Positions 27,952 through 35,877 of a stretch of DNA of 64,000 bases are shown one piece after another (position 1 is the stretch's first letter; every line of letters starts with the position of its first letter). The stretch lies in the IMG/VR virus record IMGVR_UViG_3300021843_000436; one strand, given 5' to 3'. Source of the DNA: an uncultured virus (IMG/VR IMGVR_UViG_3300021843_000436). Lineage: Duplodnaviria > Heunggongvirae > Uroviricota > Caudoviricetes. Position numbers and translations under genes: made by a program. The notes below the pieces were generated by a model that saw nothing but the letters and a program-made list of their open reading frames with translations, did no database searches and had not been told where the DNA came from.

Positions 27952-30149
27952 GCAACGTCTATTGTTTTTGGAAGGGTGGCACTGCTCCATCTCCCTGGGC
28001 CAAAAAGACATACTGGGACGGCTCCTATGTTAAGCTGAGCAATACTCAAGCTAATCATGGAGTGACTGGTGGTGCTGGAAACCACACTCATAATGGCTCC
28101 AGTAACTGGAGCATTAGCAGCTGCAATTATGGTGGTGATGTAGCTACATCTGGAGGCACCTCCATGATGACTCCTCACACCCACCCAGCCCCTTCTTCTG
28201 TAACTGTTAGCTCATCAAATAACGATCCATCTTATTACACTCTGGAGTTAATTTATACTGATTATGACACCTGGGAGAATACTGACAGGACACTTCCTGC
28301 AGGAGCTGTGATCCTATCCCAGTCTGCTCTTAACACCAGTGACTGGACTCAAATCTCCAGATTCACTTCTGCAGATGGGAGACTCATTAAGCTTGGCACA
28401 GCAGGCTCCACTGGTGGAAGGGATGAACACACCCATGATGTCACTGCCACACTGGGAAGTGGTGGCTCATATACTGGAGTCTTGGCCCCTAACATGGGCT
28501 CAGTCACTAACTATGTAGCCCACACCCACACCATATCAGTCACCACAGCCTCTAAAAATCATTGGCCAAGGCATGTAAAGACCAGGCTCTATCAGGTGGA
28601 CACTACCACTGACAAAACAATGGCAGGGGCCATTTTGTTCTTTGATCAGACCCCTTCATCAAACTGGGAGCTGGCCAGCAGCAGCTTTAATGGCTGCTTC
28701 CTGTGCTCCAATGATGAGAGTGTGACTGTCTATGGCACTAACACTCACGATCATCTCAGTATTTCAGGAACATCTTCAAGCTACAGTGCTGGCACATTCT
28801 CCTGCTTCAGGAGTGCTCCAGATGTCCAGGGTGCTGTCAATCCACATAGTCACACCTTCAGCTTTAACCTGAATAGTGCCAGTCATGAGCCACAGTATGT
28901 CTATTTGGTGCCCTACAGATTGAAGAACACCCTTTTGCACATCAATGTCCAGGATAAGACTTACTCTTTGGACATGGTGACAAAGAAGGTCCAGGATAAA
29001 ACTTACACTTCCAGTATTAGAATGAGGGCCTCCAATTCTGCCATCTATACTCCTGATATCATAATGAAGAAAGTCCAGACCCTGGGCTATAATGCCAGTC
29101 TTCTGCTCAAAGAGGTCAATGAGACCTCTTTTGATATGGACACCAGGCTGCTGGGCAGATTTTGGGCTCAGTATAAGATGGGAATTAACCTGACCTATAA
29201 TGCTGCAGGCTATAGCATGGGCCTGAGGCTGGTCAGGCCCTATGGTCCCACTGACACTGTAATTAACACCCTTTATCATTCCTGGATTGACCAGCTGAAT
29301 AAAGTCTCCATGAAAATGGATAACATGGTCCTGGCTAACAGGATTGAATATGCCATAGACCAGGAGCTGGATAACAGATGGGGCAAAGTCCTGGACCTGC
29401 CCAGGATGCTGGATGAGACAGATACTCATTACAGAAAGAGGCTGCAGGCAGCCACAAAGATCTTGACTGGCTGTGGTACTAAAGCCAGCTGTGAGGATAT
29501 CCTTAGCTTTTTGGTGGATCAGCCTGACACTGCCAGGATAGAGCAGGGTGAACCAGGAAAAATCAGAATCTACTGGGACACTGACGAAGCCTGCAGGAAA
29601 GGGAAGGAACTGGATAGCCTCATCAGCATGTTAATGCCAAAGATGCTGGCTGCTGGTGTCGAATATACCATTTATCACCCATTCATAGATTACCAGATGG
29701 GGATGTCCATCATAGGTCCTGCTTTTGCTCATTATAACATGGACCTGCTGCTGAAGAAGCTAAATTTAGATTGCAGCTGGACCATGAGGACCAGGATAGT
29801 CCTGCAGCAGAATCTGGACCTCCAGATGGATCTCCTCCTGAAGAGACTGATCGATAAGAATTACCATGCAAACCTGATCCTTCTGGGCAGCCCAGATAAG
29901 AACTATCAGATGGACCTACTGGTAGAAAGAGCCCTGGACATGGATTATGAGATAGACATGCTCCTCAGGAAGCTGCAGAATTTAAATTATAATATTAGCA
30001 TGATCCTGCAGAAGAGGAATATCTCAAAAGCCTACCAGATAAACCTCCTGGCCAGGAAGACAAAGAGACTGTTTTACTCTGCAAATTCCACCATCAAGGC
30101 TGTCCGGGGTGCTGGTTATGGCATAGATATCAAGGTGGTGAGCATTTAA
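27948..30149 (+). CDS. Fibre-like protein with embedded baseplate wedge (P2 gpI/Mu gp48-like) domain
   Basis: N-terminus paralogous to 23570 protein; ELDNRWGKVLDLPRMLDETDTHYRKRL...GTKAS flanked by 7 and 11 14-aa repeats. Confidence 0.7.
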   Translation: MSNVYCFWKGGTAPSPWAKKTYWDGSYVKLSNTQANHGVTGGAGNHTHNGSSNWSISSCNYGGDVATSGGTSMMTPHTHPAPSSVTVSSSNNDPSYYTLELIYTDYDTWENTDRTLPAGAVILSQSALNTSDWTQISRFTSADGRLIKLGTAGSTGGRDEHTHDVTATLGSGGSYTGVLAPNMGSVTNYVAHTHTISVTTASKNHWPRHVKTRLYQVDTTTDKTMAGAILFFDQTPSSNWELASSSFNGCFLCSNDESVTVYGTNTHDHLSISGTSSSYSAGTFSCFRSAPDVQGAVNPHSHTFSFNLNSASHEPQYVYLVPYRLKNTLLHINVQDKTYSLDMVTKKVQDKTYTSSIRMRASNSAIYTPDIIMKKVQTLGYNASLLLKEVNETSFDMDTRLLGRFWAQYKMGINLTYNAAGYSMGLRLVRPYGPTDTVINTLYHSWIDQLNKVSMKMDNMVLANRIEYAIDQELDNRWGKVLDLPRMLDETDTHYRKRLQAATKILTGCGTKASCEDILSFLVDQPDTARIEQGEPGKIRIYWDTDEACRKGKELDSLISMLMPKMLAAGVEYTIYHPFIDYQMGMSIIGPAFAHYNMDLLLKKLNLDCSWTMRTRIVLQQNLDLQMDLLLKRLIDKNYHANLILLGSPDKNYQMDLLVERALDMDYEIDMLLRKLQNLNYNISMILQKRNISKAYQINLLARKTKRLFYSANSTIKAVRGAGYGIDIKVVSI

Positions 30150-31114
30150 TGCCCAGACCCTTAGTGCTAATGCTCCCTCCAGATGGAGTGAGATTTTTAG
30201 GCTGCTTTGATGTGGTGAATTTTAAAGAGTGGTGGTTTAGCTACCCCATGCCTGGAGACATTGAAAAAGTCATCTCCAGTATGTGGACCTATGGTTATAT
30301 CCACTTGGCTCTGTGCCTGATGAAAAATGGCACTTATTCAATTTATCAAAGCATTGACCAGGGCAGAAGCTGGGTGGAAGTCTATAACACCCCATTAAAA
30401 ATCAATGATCTATTTTTCATTGACTTTGGTTGGGTTCTGGTCTCCACAGAAGAGGGCTGGCTGGAGTCCAATGATTCAGGCTCCACTTATCATGTTCTGA
30501 GCACAGATGCCCCTAACTGCAAAGAGGTCATTAGACTGGGTGAGTCCTCCCTGATGGCCTATGATGGCACCAGGGTCTGGCTGTCCACTAACCTGGGAGC
30601 TGAATGGACCATAGTCTATACCTTTAGCATAGAAAGTCCTGCAGCCCTGGCTGGCAATTGGCTGAGGGCTGTTGTGGGTTCTGGAGACACCCTCTATAAG
30701 ACAGATAATCAGGGAGGCTCCTTTCAGGTCCTGGCCAGATGGCCAGGAGAGAAGATCCTCTCAGTCATTCATACGGATGACAGAGAGTGGAGCCCTGAAG
30801 GGAATAGCTATCTGGTAAGGACCCTTAATCCCAGCACTGGCATAGTCAGGCATTATTTCACAAACAATGGTGGCCAGTCCTGGAGCCCCAGGTTTGACCA
30901 GTTTTATGCTCCCTCAGATAAGCCAGTCTCTTATGCTGCAGTTCTGCAGCCTGGATCAGATCAGTGGGATTCTTTGGTATTCTCTGCTCAGACCAGGATA
31001 AACACTGCAGAGAACAGGCAGGAGATCTCTCTTAAGTATTCCCGAAATGATGGGAAAGATTGGATTGACATTGATGCCAGCCAAATATCTTTAATCCCTC
31101 CTGGAGGTGATTAA
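30149..31114 (+). CDS. BNR/Asp-box beta-propeller protein (sialidase-like fold; possible receptor binding)
   Basis: SIDQGRSW, SNDSGSTY, STNLGAEW, TDNQGGSF, TNNGGQSW, SRNDGKDW. Confidence 0.8.
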   Translation: MPRPLVLMLPPDGVRFLGCFDVVNFKEWWFSYPMPGDIEKVISSMWTYGYIHLALCLMKNGTYSIYQSIDQGRSWVEVYNTPLKINDLFFIDFGWVLVSTEEGWLESNDSGSTYHVLSTDAPNCKEVIRLGESSLMAYDGTRVWLSTNLGAEWTIVYTFSIESPAALAGNWLRAVVGSGDTLYKTDNQGGSFQVLARWPGEKILSVIHTDDREWSPEGNSYLVRTLNPSTGIVRHYFTNNGGQSWSPRFDQFYAPSDKPVSYAAVLQPGSDQWDSLVFSAQTRINTAENRQEISLKYSRNDGKDWIDIDASQISLIPPGGD

Positions 31115-31715
31115 AGTGGCTGAGCCAGTCATTGAGTATAAATTCCCTACCAGGATCTGGATAGGCCCAGCCTGTCATAACTGTGGCTACTGGGAGACAA
31201 TTCCTCAAAAATACCAGATGGCCCTGAGCTGTGATGCTGATATGCTTTGCCTGGGCAGGAAAACGAAGACCTATCAGGCAAAGCTGCAGCTCAAAACAAT
31301 GCCTGATAAAACTTATCAGATGGATATTATTAATCAAAAGAAATTAACTAAGCCATATCAGATGGGGATGAAGATTAGGAAGGCCAAAGAGCTTCCCTAT
31401 TTTGGCCATCTCTATTTGAGTGACACTTTTGATCAGGAGTACTCAGCTGATATGGTTCTTTCTGCCAGGAATGAAGCTCTTTATCATGCCAGTCTAAAAG
31501 TAAAATTCCCATATCAGGCTGTCTATTTTGGCAGTCTGCTGGTTAAGAAAACCACAGGCTCCTGCTATGGCATGAACATAGTTCTGAGACAGGATTACTT
31601 TGACCAAATGATGAGAGACCTGGAGATTAACACCCCACAATTCTGGGACATCACAGCTCCTCTGCTCTGCAGGAGGAGACTGGGAGATATAGGAGAGAGT
31701 GGTGAGACAGTATGA
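31107..31715 (+). CDS. Virion protein with 8-9 14-aa repeats
   Basis: MPDKTYQMDIINQK, KLTKPYQMGMKIRK and similar units. Confidence 0.65.
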   Translation: MIKVAEPVIEYKFPTRIWIGPACHNCGYWETIPQKYQMALSCDADMLCLGRKTKTYQAKLQLKTMPDKTYQMDIINQKKLTKPYQMGMKIRKAKELPYFGHLYLSDTFDQEYSADMVLSARNEALYHASLKVKFPYQAVYFGSLLVKKTTGSCYGMNIVLRQDYFDQMMRDLEINTPQFWDITAPLLCRRRLGDIGESGETV

Positions 31716-32116
31716 GTGATGAAACACCTACCCCTAACCCTTTAATTGCAGTCATCAGAAATATCATCGATATTCCAGAAGCTGAAGAGCTTTCTGATGC
31801 CGTTATTTCAGAAGCCATAGATGAAGCCACTGTCTTTGTCAATGGAGTGGCCAATCCTGCCAGTCCACTTGATATGAAAAATCTGGCCATTAAAAATCTG
31901 GCTGCCCTCTGGTCTTTCCAGTCCTATTCTGACAGAGTGCATCATGAAGCCATAGGCAGCTTTGATGAAAATGCAAACTGGAATCCCATTCTTTCAAGAG
32001 CATGGGAGAGAGACACCAGAGAGAAAGTGGCAGCCCTGGAGAGGAGATTCCAGATGATCATAGACAGGATCTCTGGCCAGGTTAAGACCATCCCTGTCTT
32101 TTCTAGCATCAGGTGA
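31712..32116 (+). CDS. Probable head-tail adaptor
   Basis: Helical; ELSDAVISEAIDEATVFVN pattern typical of gp6/gp15-like connectors. Confidence 0.6.
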   Translation: MSDETPTPNPLIAVIRNIIDIPEAEELSDAVISEAIDEATVFVNGVANPASPLDMKNLAIKNLAALWSFQSYSDRVHHEAIGSFDENANWNPILSRAWERDTREKVAALERRFQMIIDRISGQVKTIPVFSSIR

Positions 32117-32712
32117 TCCAGATGAAAGGTACTCAGCTGGATCTTGTAGTCCAAAAGCTACCCTCCAAATTGGCTGGAGTGACTATCAATAAGGCCAGGC
32201 TAAAGCAGCAGATGAAGATGCCTGACCCTCCCAGGCTCCTCCTGGGAGTGCTGACAGATGGTGTCAAAGTAGATGGCAAAGCAGATCAGAGGAGATTTAT
32301 CTATCATCCTGAAAATGGTTATGATGAGAGATATCTAGGCTCAATCAAAAGAGACACTCTCACTCTTTTTGTTGATGGATATGACTTAAACCAGGTCAGA
32401 GAGATGATGGATGATCTCCAGCTTCAGCTAGATTCTAGGGAGCTAGATTTGGTCTGGTCTAACGATAGAATGAGATTAGCAGAGAGCTTTAATCCTCAAG
32501 AGCACCCAGAAGGAAAGGATTCTAGGTCAAATAAGCCATTATATAGGATTTCCATCGATTTATGGATAGAATATGAGTTTTTATGGCTAGATAACACTCC
32601 TCCAATCCAAAGCTTTAATTACGGGATCATTTCTAATGATAAAACTGCATTTCAGGCTCAATTATATGCTCCTGGAAGTTATGGAGCATCAATCAAGCTT
32701 ATAAAGAAATAA
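32113..32712 (+). CDS. Probable tail completion/terminator protein
   Basis: Position before the sheath gene; LYRISIDLWIEY strand. Confidence 0.5.
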   Translation: MIQMKGTQLDLVVQKLPSKLAGVTINKARLKQQMKMPDPPRLLLGVLTDGVKVDGKADQRRFIYHPENGYDERYLGSIKRDTLTLFVDGYDLNQVREMMDDLQLQLDSRELDLVWSNDRMRLAESFNPQEHPEGKDSRSNKPLYRISIDLWIEYEFLWLDNTPPIQSFNYGIISNDKTAFQAQLYAPGSYGASIKLIKK

Positions 32713-32723
32713 GGAGAATCCAA

Positions 32724-32921
32724 ATGGCTGGAAAACGAGCTAGGATTAAAGATCATATTGCTAGAGGTGATATGACTGAGGAAGAGGCTCAGGAATGGTC
32801 AAAAAATGGATTCAAAGATAGGAATATGTATCTCACTATCCCTGAGAAGCCTACTGCAGTTTTGCCTTCCTCAGATACCCCTGCTGAGTCCAAAGGGACT
32901 AAACTAAAAAGATTTGAGTGA
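32724..32921 (+). CDS. Small hypothetical protein preceding sheath
   Basis: AGGAG RBS; typical small gene before a sheath gene. Confidence 0.5.
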   Translation: MAGKRARIKDHIARGDMTEEEAQEWSKNGFKDRNMYLTIPEKPTAVLPSSDTPAESKGTKLKRFE

Positions 32922-32932
32922 GGAGATAAAAG

Positions 32933-34591
32933 ATGTCTAATTTATACGGCACTCCTAACTCCATTGTGGGAATTACCCTGCAAGTGGAGCCTATGGGTCC
33001 AGTCCAGGTGGTCCTGGGCACTAACATTGTGGGCATTATAGGAACTGCCCTCAAAGGCCCCATAGGTGTCCCAGTGGGTATGCAGGACCCCTCCTATGCC
33101 AGGAGACTCTATGGAGCTGGAGACCTCTATGAAGCTGCTGGTGTGGCTTTTTCCCAGGGTGCTGGCACTGTCTATTGTGTCAGAGTAGGCCCTGCAGATG
33201 CTGTGACTGCTCATGCCAGTCTGGTTGATGGAGCCACCCCTGGGGTGGAAGTAGCCACCTTGAATTATAGGGGTGAAGGCATAGCAGGCAACTCCACAGT
33301 CTATGAGATCAGAGTGGGCACCATCCCAGCTACTGATGTGGAAAGATTCAAGGGTGATGGCACTGTTGGCCCCTATGCTCTGGATGTCTGGGACATTGTG
33401 GAAGACACAAAGAATGCCATCAAGGTGGGAGCCACTTCAAAGACAGTCGTCTATTCCAATGGTGACCTGGCTGCTGGCAAAGTCTATGTCAATAAGACAA
33501 AGGGTGAGCTGACCTTCTTCACTGGAGAGGCACCCACTTCTGCTGACCTGATCGTTAGCACTCTGTTGTATAACACCAGGAGAATCATCCTGAAGGATGA
33601 AAATGGCAATGAAGAGGACTTTGATAACATCAGATCCCTAGTAGATATGCAGTCTCAGCTGGACCAGTCCCTCATTTGTGAGCTGATCCCTGTGACTGGA
33701 AAAGTCCTCATGCCTAAGACAGTCACACCCACTGCTCTGGCTGATGGATCTGACGGGTCCAGCATTACCACCACCCACTATCTGAATGCTCTGGATGCTC
33801 TGGGCGAAGAGGTCACTCCCACCACAGTGGCTCTCTGCTCTTATGAAGTGGCTGCTGGCACTTATGATCTTCATCCTGTAGCTGAGGGCTGGGCCACTAA
33901 CATGGCACGGCAGCTGAAGCCATGCACAGTGTTTGTCCCAACAAAGCAGATGGAGACAAAGGAAGTCCTGGAGAACCTGGCTGCAGGCTACAATAACAGG
34001 CACTTTGTCATCTGTGGCAACTCCTGGGACTGCTCAGCCACCTCCAAGAACCTGGCTGTGGCCAGAGCTGCAAAAGAGGCTGCCCTGCCCCTGGGTGAGT
34101 CTGCTGCTTATGCAGGCAACTCCATGAGTGGCATTGACGGTCTGCTGAAGATCTTCAGGGACACTGAAGTGGATCACCTCACCAGAGCTGGTGTGGACAT
34201 TTGCATCATGAAGGGTGCTGTGGGTGCTCCCAGAGGAGTCAGGCCATATCTTGGTGTGACCACTTCCACAGAATGGCAATTCTCCAGAACTGTGGATAAC
34301 AGAACGATCAACTACGTCATCCTGGCTCTGAAGTACATCACTGACCAGTACTACCACAGGAGAAGAAGCAGCAGGGTCCTCAGCTCTTTGAAGGCCACTA
34401 TTGTGGGCCTCCTGGAGGAGCAGAAGGAAATGGAAAATATTGAGGGCTACGTTGTCGAAGTTAAGGCCCCTGCCAATGATTTGGACAGAGTGGACATTGA
34501 CCTCCAGCTGCAGTGCATTGGCCATATCGAGAGATTCCATGTATTGCTGCAAGTAGGCATAATGTCAAACTATGTGGGATTTGCTGCTTAA
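32933..34591 (+). CDS. Tail sheath protein
   Basis: IVGIIGTALKGPIGVP, VYCVRV, LADGSDG, RTVDNRTINYV, C-terminal IGHIERFHV. Confidence 0.9.
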   Translation: MSNLYGTPNSIVGITLQVEPMGPVQVVLGTNIVGIIGTALKGPIGVPVGMQDPSYARRLYGAGDLYEAAGVAFSQGAGTVYCVRVGPADAVTAHASLVDGATPGVEVATLNYRGEGIAGNSTVYEIRVGTIPATDVERFKGDGTVGPYALDVWDIVEDTKNAIKVGATSKTVVYSNGDLAAGKVYVNKTKGELTFFTGEAPTSADLIVSTLLYNTRRIILKDENGNEEDFDNIRSLVDMQSQLDQSLICELIPVTGKVLMPKTVTPTALADGSDGSSITTTHYLNALDALGEEVTPTTVALCSYEVAAGTYDLHPVAEGWATNMARQLKPCTVFVPTKQMETKEVLENLAAGYNNRHFVICGNSWDCSATSKNLAVARAAKEAALPLGESAAYAGNSMSGIDGLLKIFRDTEVDHLTRAGVDICIMKGAVGAPRGVRPYLGVTTSTEWQFSRTVDNRTINYVILALKYITDQYYHRRRSSRVLSSLKATIVGLLEEQKEMENIEGYVVEVKAPANDLDRVDIDLQLQCIGHIERFHVLLQVGIMSNYVGFAA

Positions 34592-34602
34592 GGTGATGAA
34601 AA

Positions 34603-35106
34603 ATGGCTGTAACTAAAGCTGTTTGGGAATCCTATGAAATTCTGGGCCAGGACCCTGGTGACATCCTCATGGTGGTCAATGCAGGTGGCACAGAGCTGGA
34701 GTTCCCTGTTAAGAGTTTGAAGGTGGATAAGACAGTGGAGGTGAGAGGTGAATACGGCACTGGCTCTCACCTTCCCTATCAGCTCACCCCTGGAAAGATC
34801 TCTTTCCAGGGCTCCTTTGGAGTGGGCACCTGGGTCTCCAAGTCAGATAAGGAGGCTCTGGTGAAGGCCCTGACAAAGCAGGATGATGAAGGTCTTCCCA
34901 GGTACTTCAGGCTGGAGATCCATGACAGGCCCAGGGCTGTGGAAGAGTTGTCTGATCCTAACAATCCCACTGACAAAGTGGCCAGGATGCCCATTGAGAT
35001 CTATGATGGATGCATGCTGACTGGTGACGGCATAGACGTGGGAGAGCCTGGAAACACCATCATCAGGAATTATCCCTTTATGGCAATGAGGAGGATTCCA
35101 GCTTAG
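34603..35106 (+). CDS. Tail tube protein
   Basis: Follows the sheath gene; EYGTGS..P..LTPGKISFQGS. Confidence 0.8.
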   Translation: MAVTKAVWESYEILGQDPGDILMVVNAGGTELEFPVKSLKVDKTVEVRGEYGTGSHLPYQLTPGKISFQGSFGVGTWVSKSDKEALVKALTKQDDEGLPRYFRLEIHDRPRAVEELSDPNNPTDKVARMPIEIYDGCMLTGDGIDVGEPGNTIIRNYPFMAMRRIPA

Positions 35107-35130
35107 GCTGGAATCTCTAAATTTTAGGGA

Positions 35131-35622
35131 GTGACGATTATGGAAGTTAAAACTGAAGAATCTAAATCTTATCCTCCTATCACAAAGGAGCTGCTCATCA
35201 AAGGCATAGACTTCACAGAAGATGTGGTCCTGTCTGTTTATGAGGCCACAGTTAAGGTCAGACCCCTCAGGGATGTGGAACTTTATGAGCTTCTGGACAT
35301 GGCTGAGAAAAATGGCTGTGCTGATCTCCTGAATAAGGAGGCCCTGAAGAAGAAGGATCTGGCAGTGCTCATCAAGGCCACAAAGCTTCTGGAGACTGCC
35401 TGTAAGATGGCAGTGGTCTTTGCAGACCTGCCCAGAATCGATCTTCCTGAGGTTAGGGCTGCCATGAAGCCAGAAGAGGTCCAGAAGGTAGAGGCTGAGA
35501 TAGCCAACAGGGTGAAGCTCTTTAAGGGGCTCTCCACTGTGGAAATAGGCATAGCCATCCTGGAGCTTTCTGTGGGCTCTATGGAGGGGCTAAAAACTTT
35601 TCAGAAAGCCCAGCAGGAATGA
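35131..35622 (+). CDS. Tail assembly chaperone
   Basis: Between tube and tape measure; VKVRPL motif. Confidence 0.7.
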   Translation: MTIMEVKTEESKSYPPITKELLIKGIDFTEDVVLSVYEATVKVRPLRDVELYELLDMAEKNGCADLLNKEALKKKDLAVLIKATKLLETACKMAVVFADLPRIDLPEVRAAMKPEEVQKVEAEIANRVKLFKGLSTVEIGIAILELSVGSMEGLKTFQKAQQE

Positions 35623-35876
35623 GCCTCATGGCCCTGCAGGAGAGTGGCTATAGATTCAGATCTGAGGTCAAAGATCTGACCTCTCTCCAGGTGGCTTTTG
35701 TTAATCTAACACTCCTGAAGAAACTGGAGATGGTAACTGGAGTGTTAGGAGGAAAGAAAGGCAGCTCAAGGCCTATGCCCATGAGTGCTCCTGTCCAGGG
35801 AGGGGATGTGAAGAGGGTCACCATGACTGCCCAGGAATACGTGGCCATGAGGAAGAAGCAAAGGGGAATGATTTAA
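35619..35876 (+). CDS. Tail assembly chaperone second ORF (-1 frame; possible frameshift extension)
   Basis: Lies in the -1 frame and is open upstream to AAAAACTTTT at 35592-35601; ..VKDLTSLQV.. motif. Confidence 0.6.
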   Translation: MSLMALQESGYRFRSEVKDLTSLQVAFVNLTLLKKLEMVTGVLGGKKGSSRPMPMSAPVQGGDVKRVTMTAQEYVAMRKKQRGMI

Positions 35877-35877
35877 A

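Noticed and set aside
23570..31715. Diversity-generating retroelement acting on the fibre genes
   Set aside because: No reverse transcriptase motif and no near-identical repeat pair differing at adenines was seen; the fibre heads are old paralogues.
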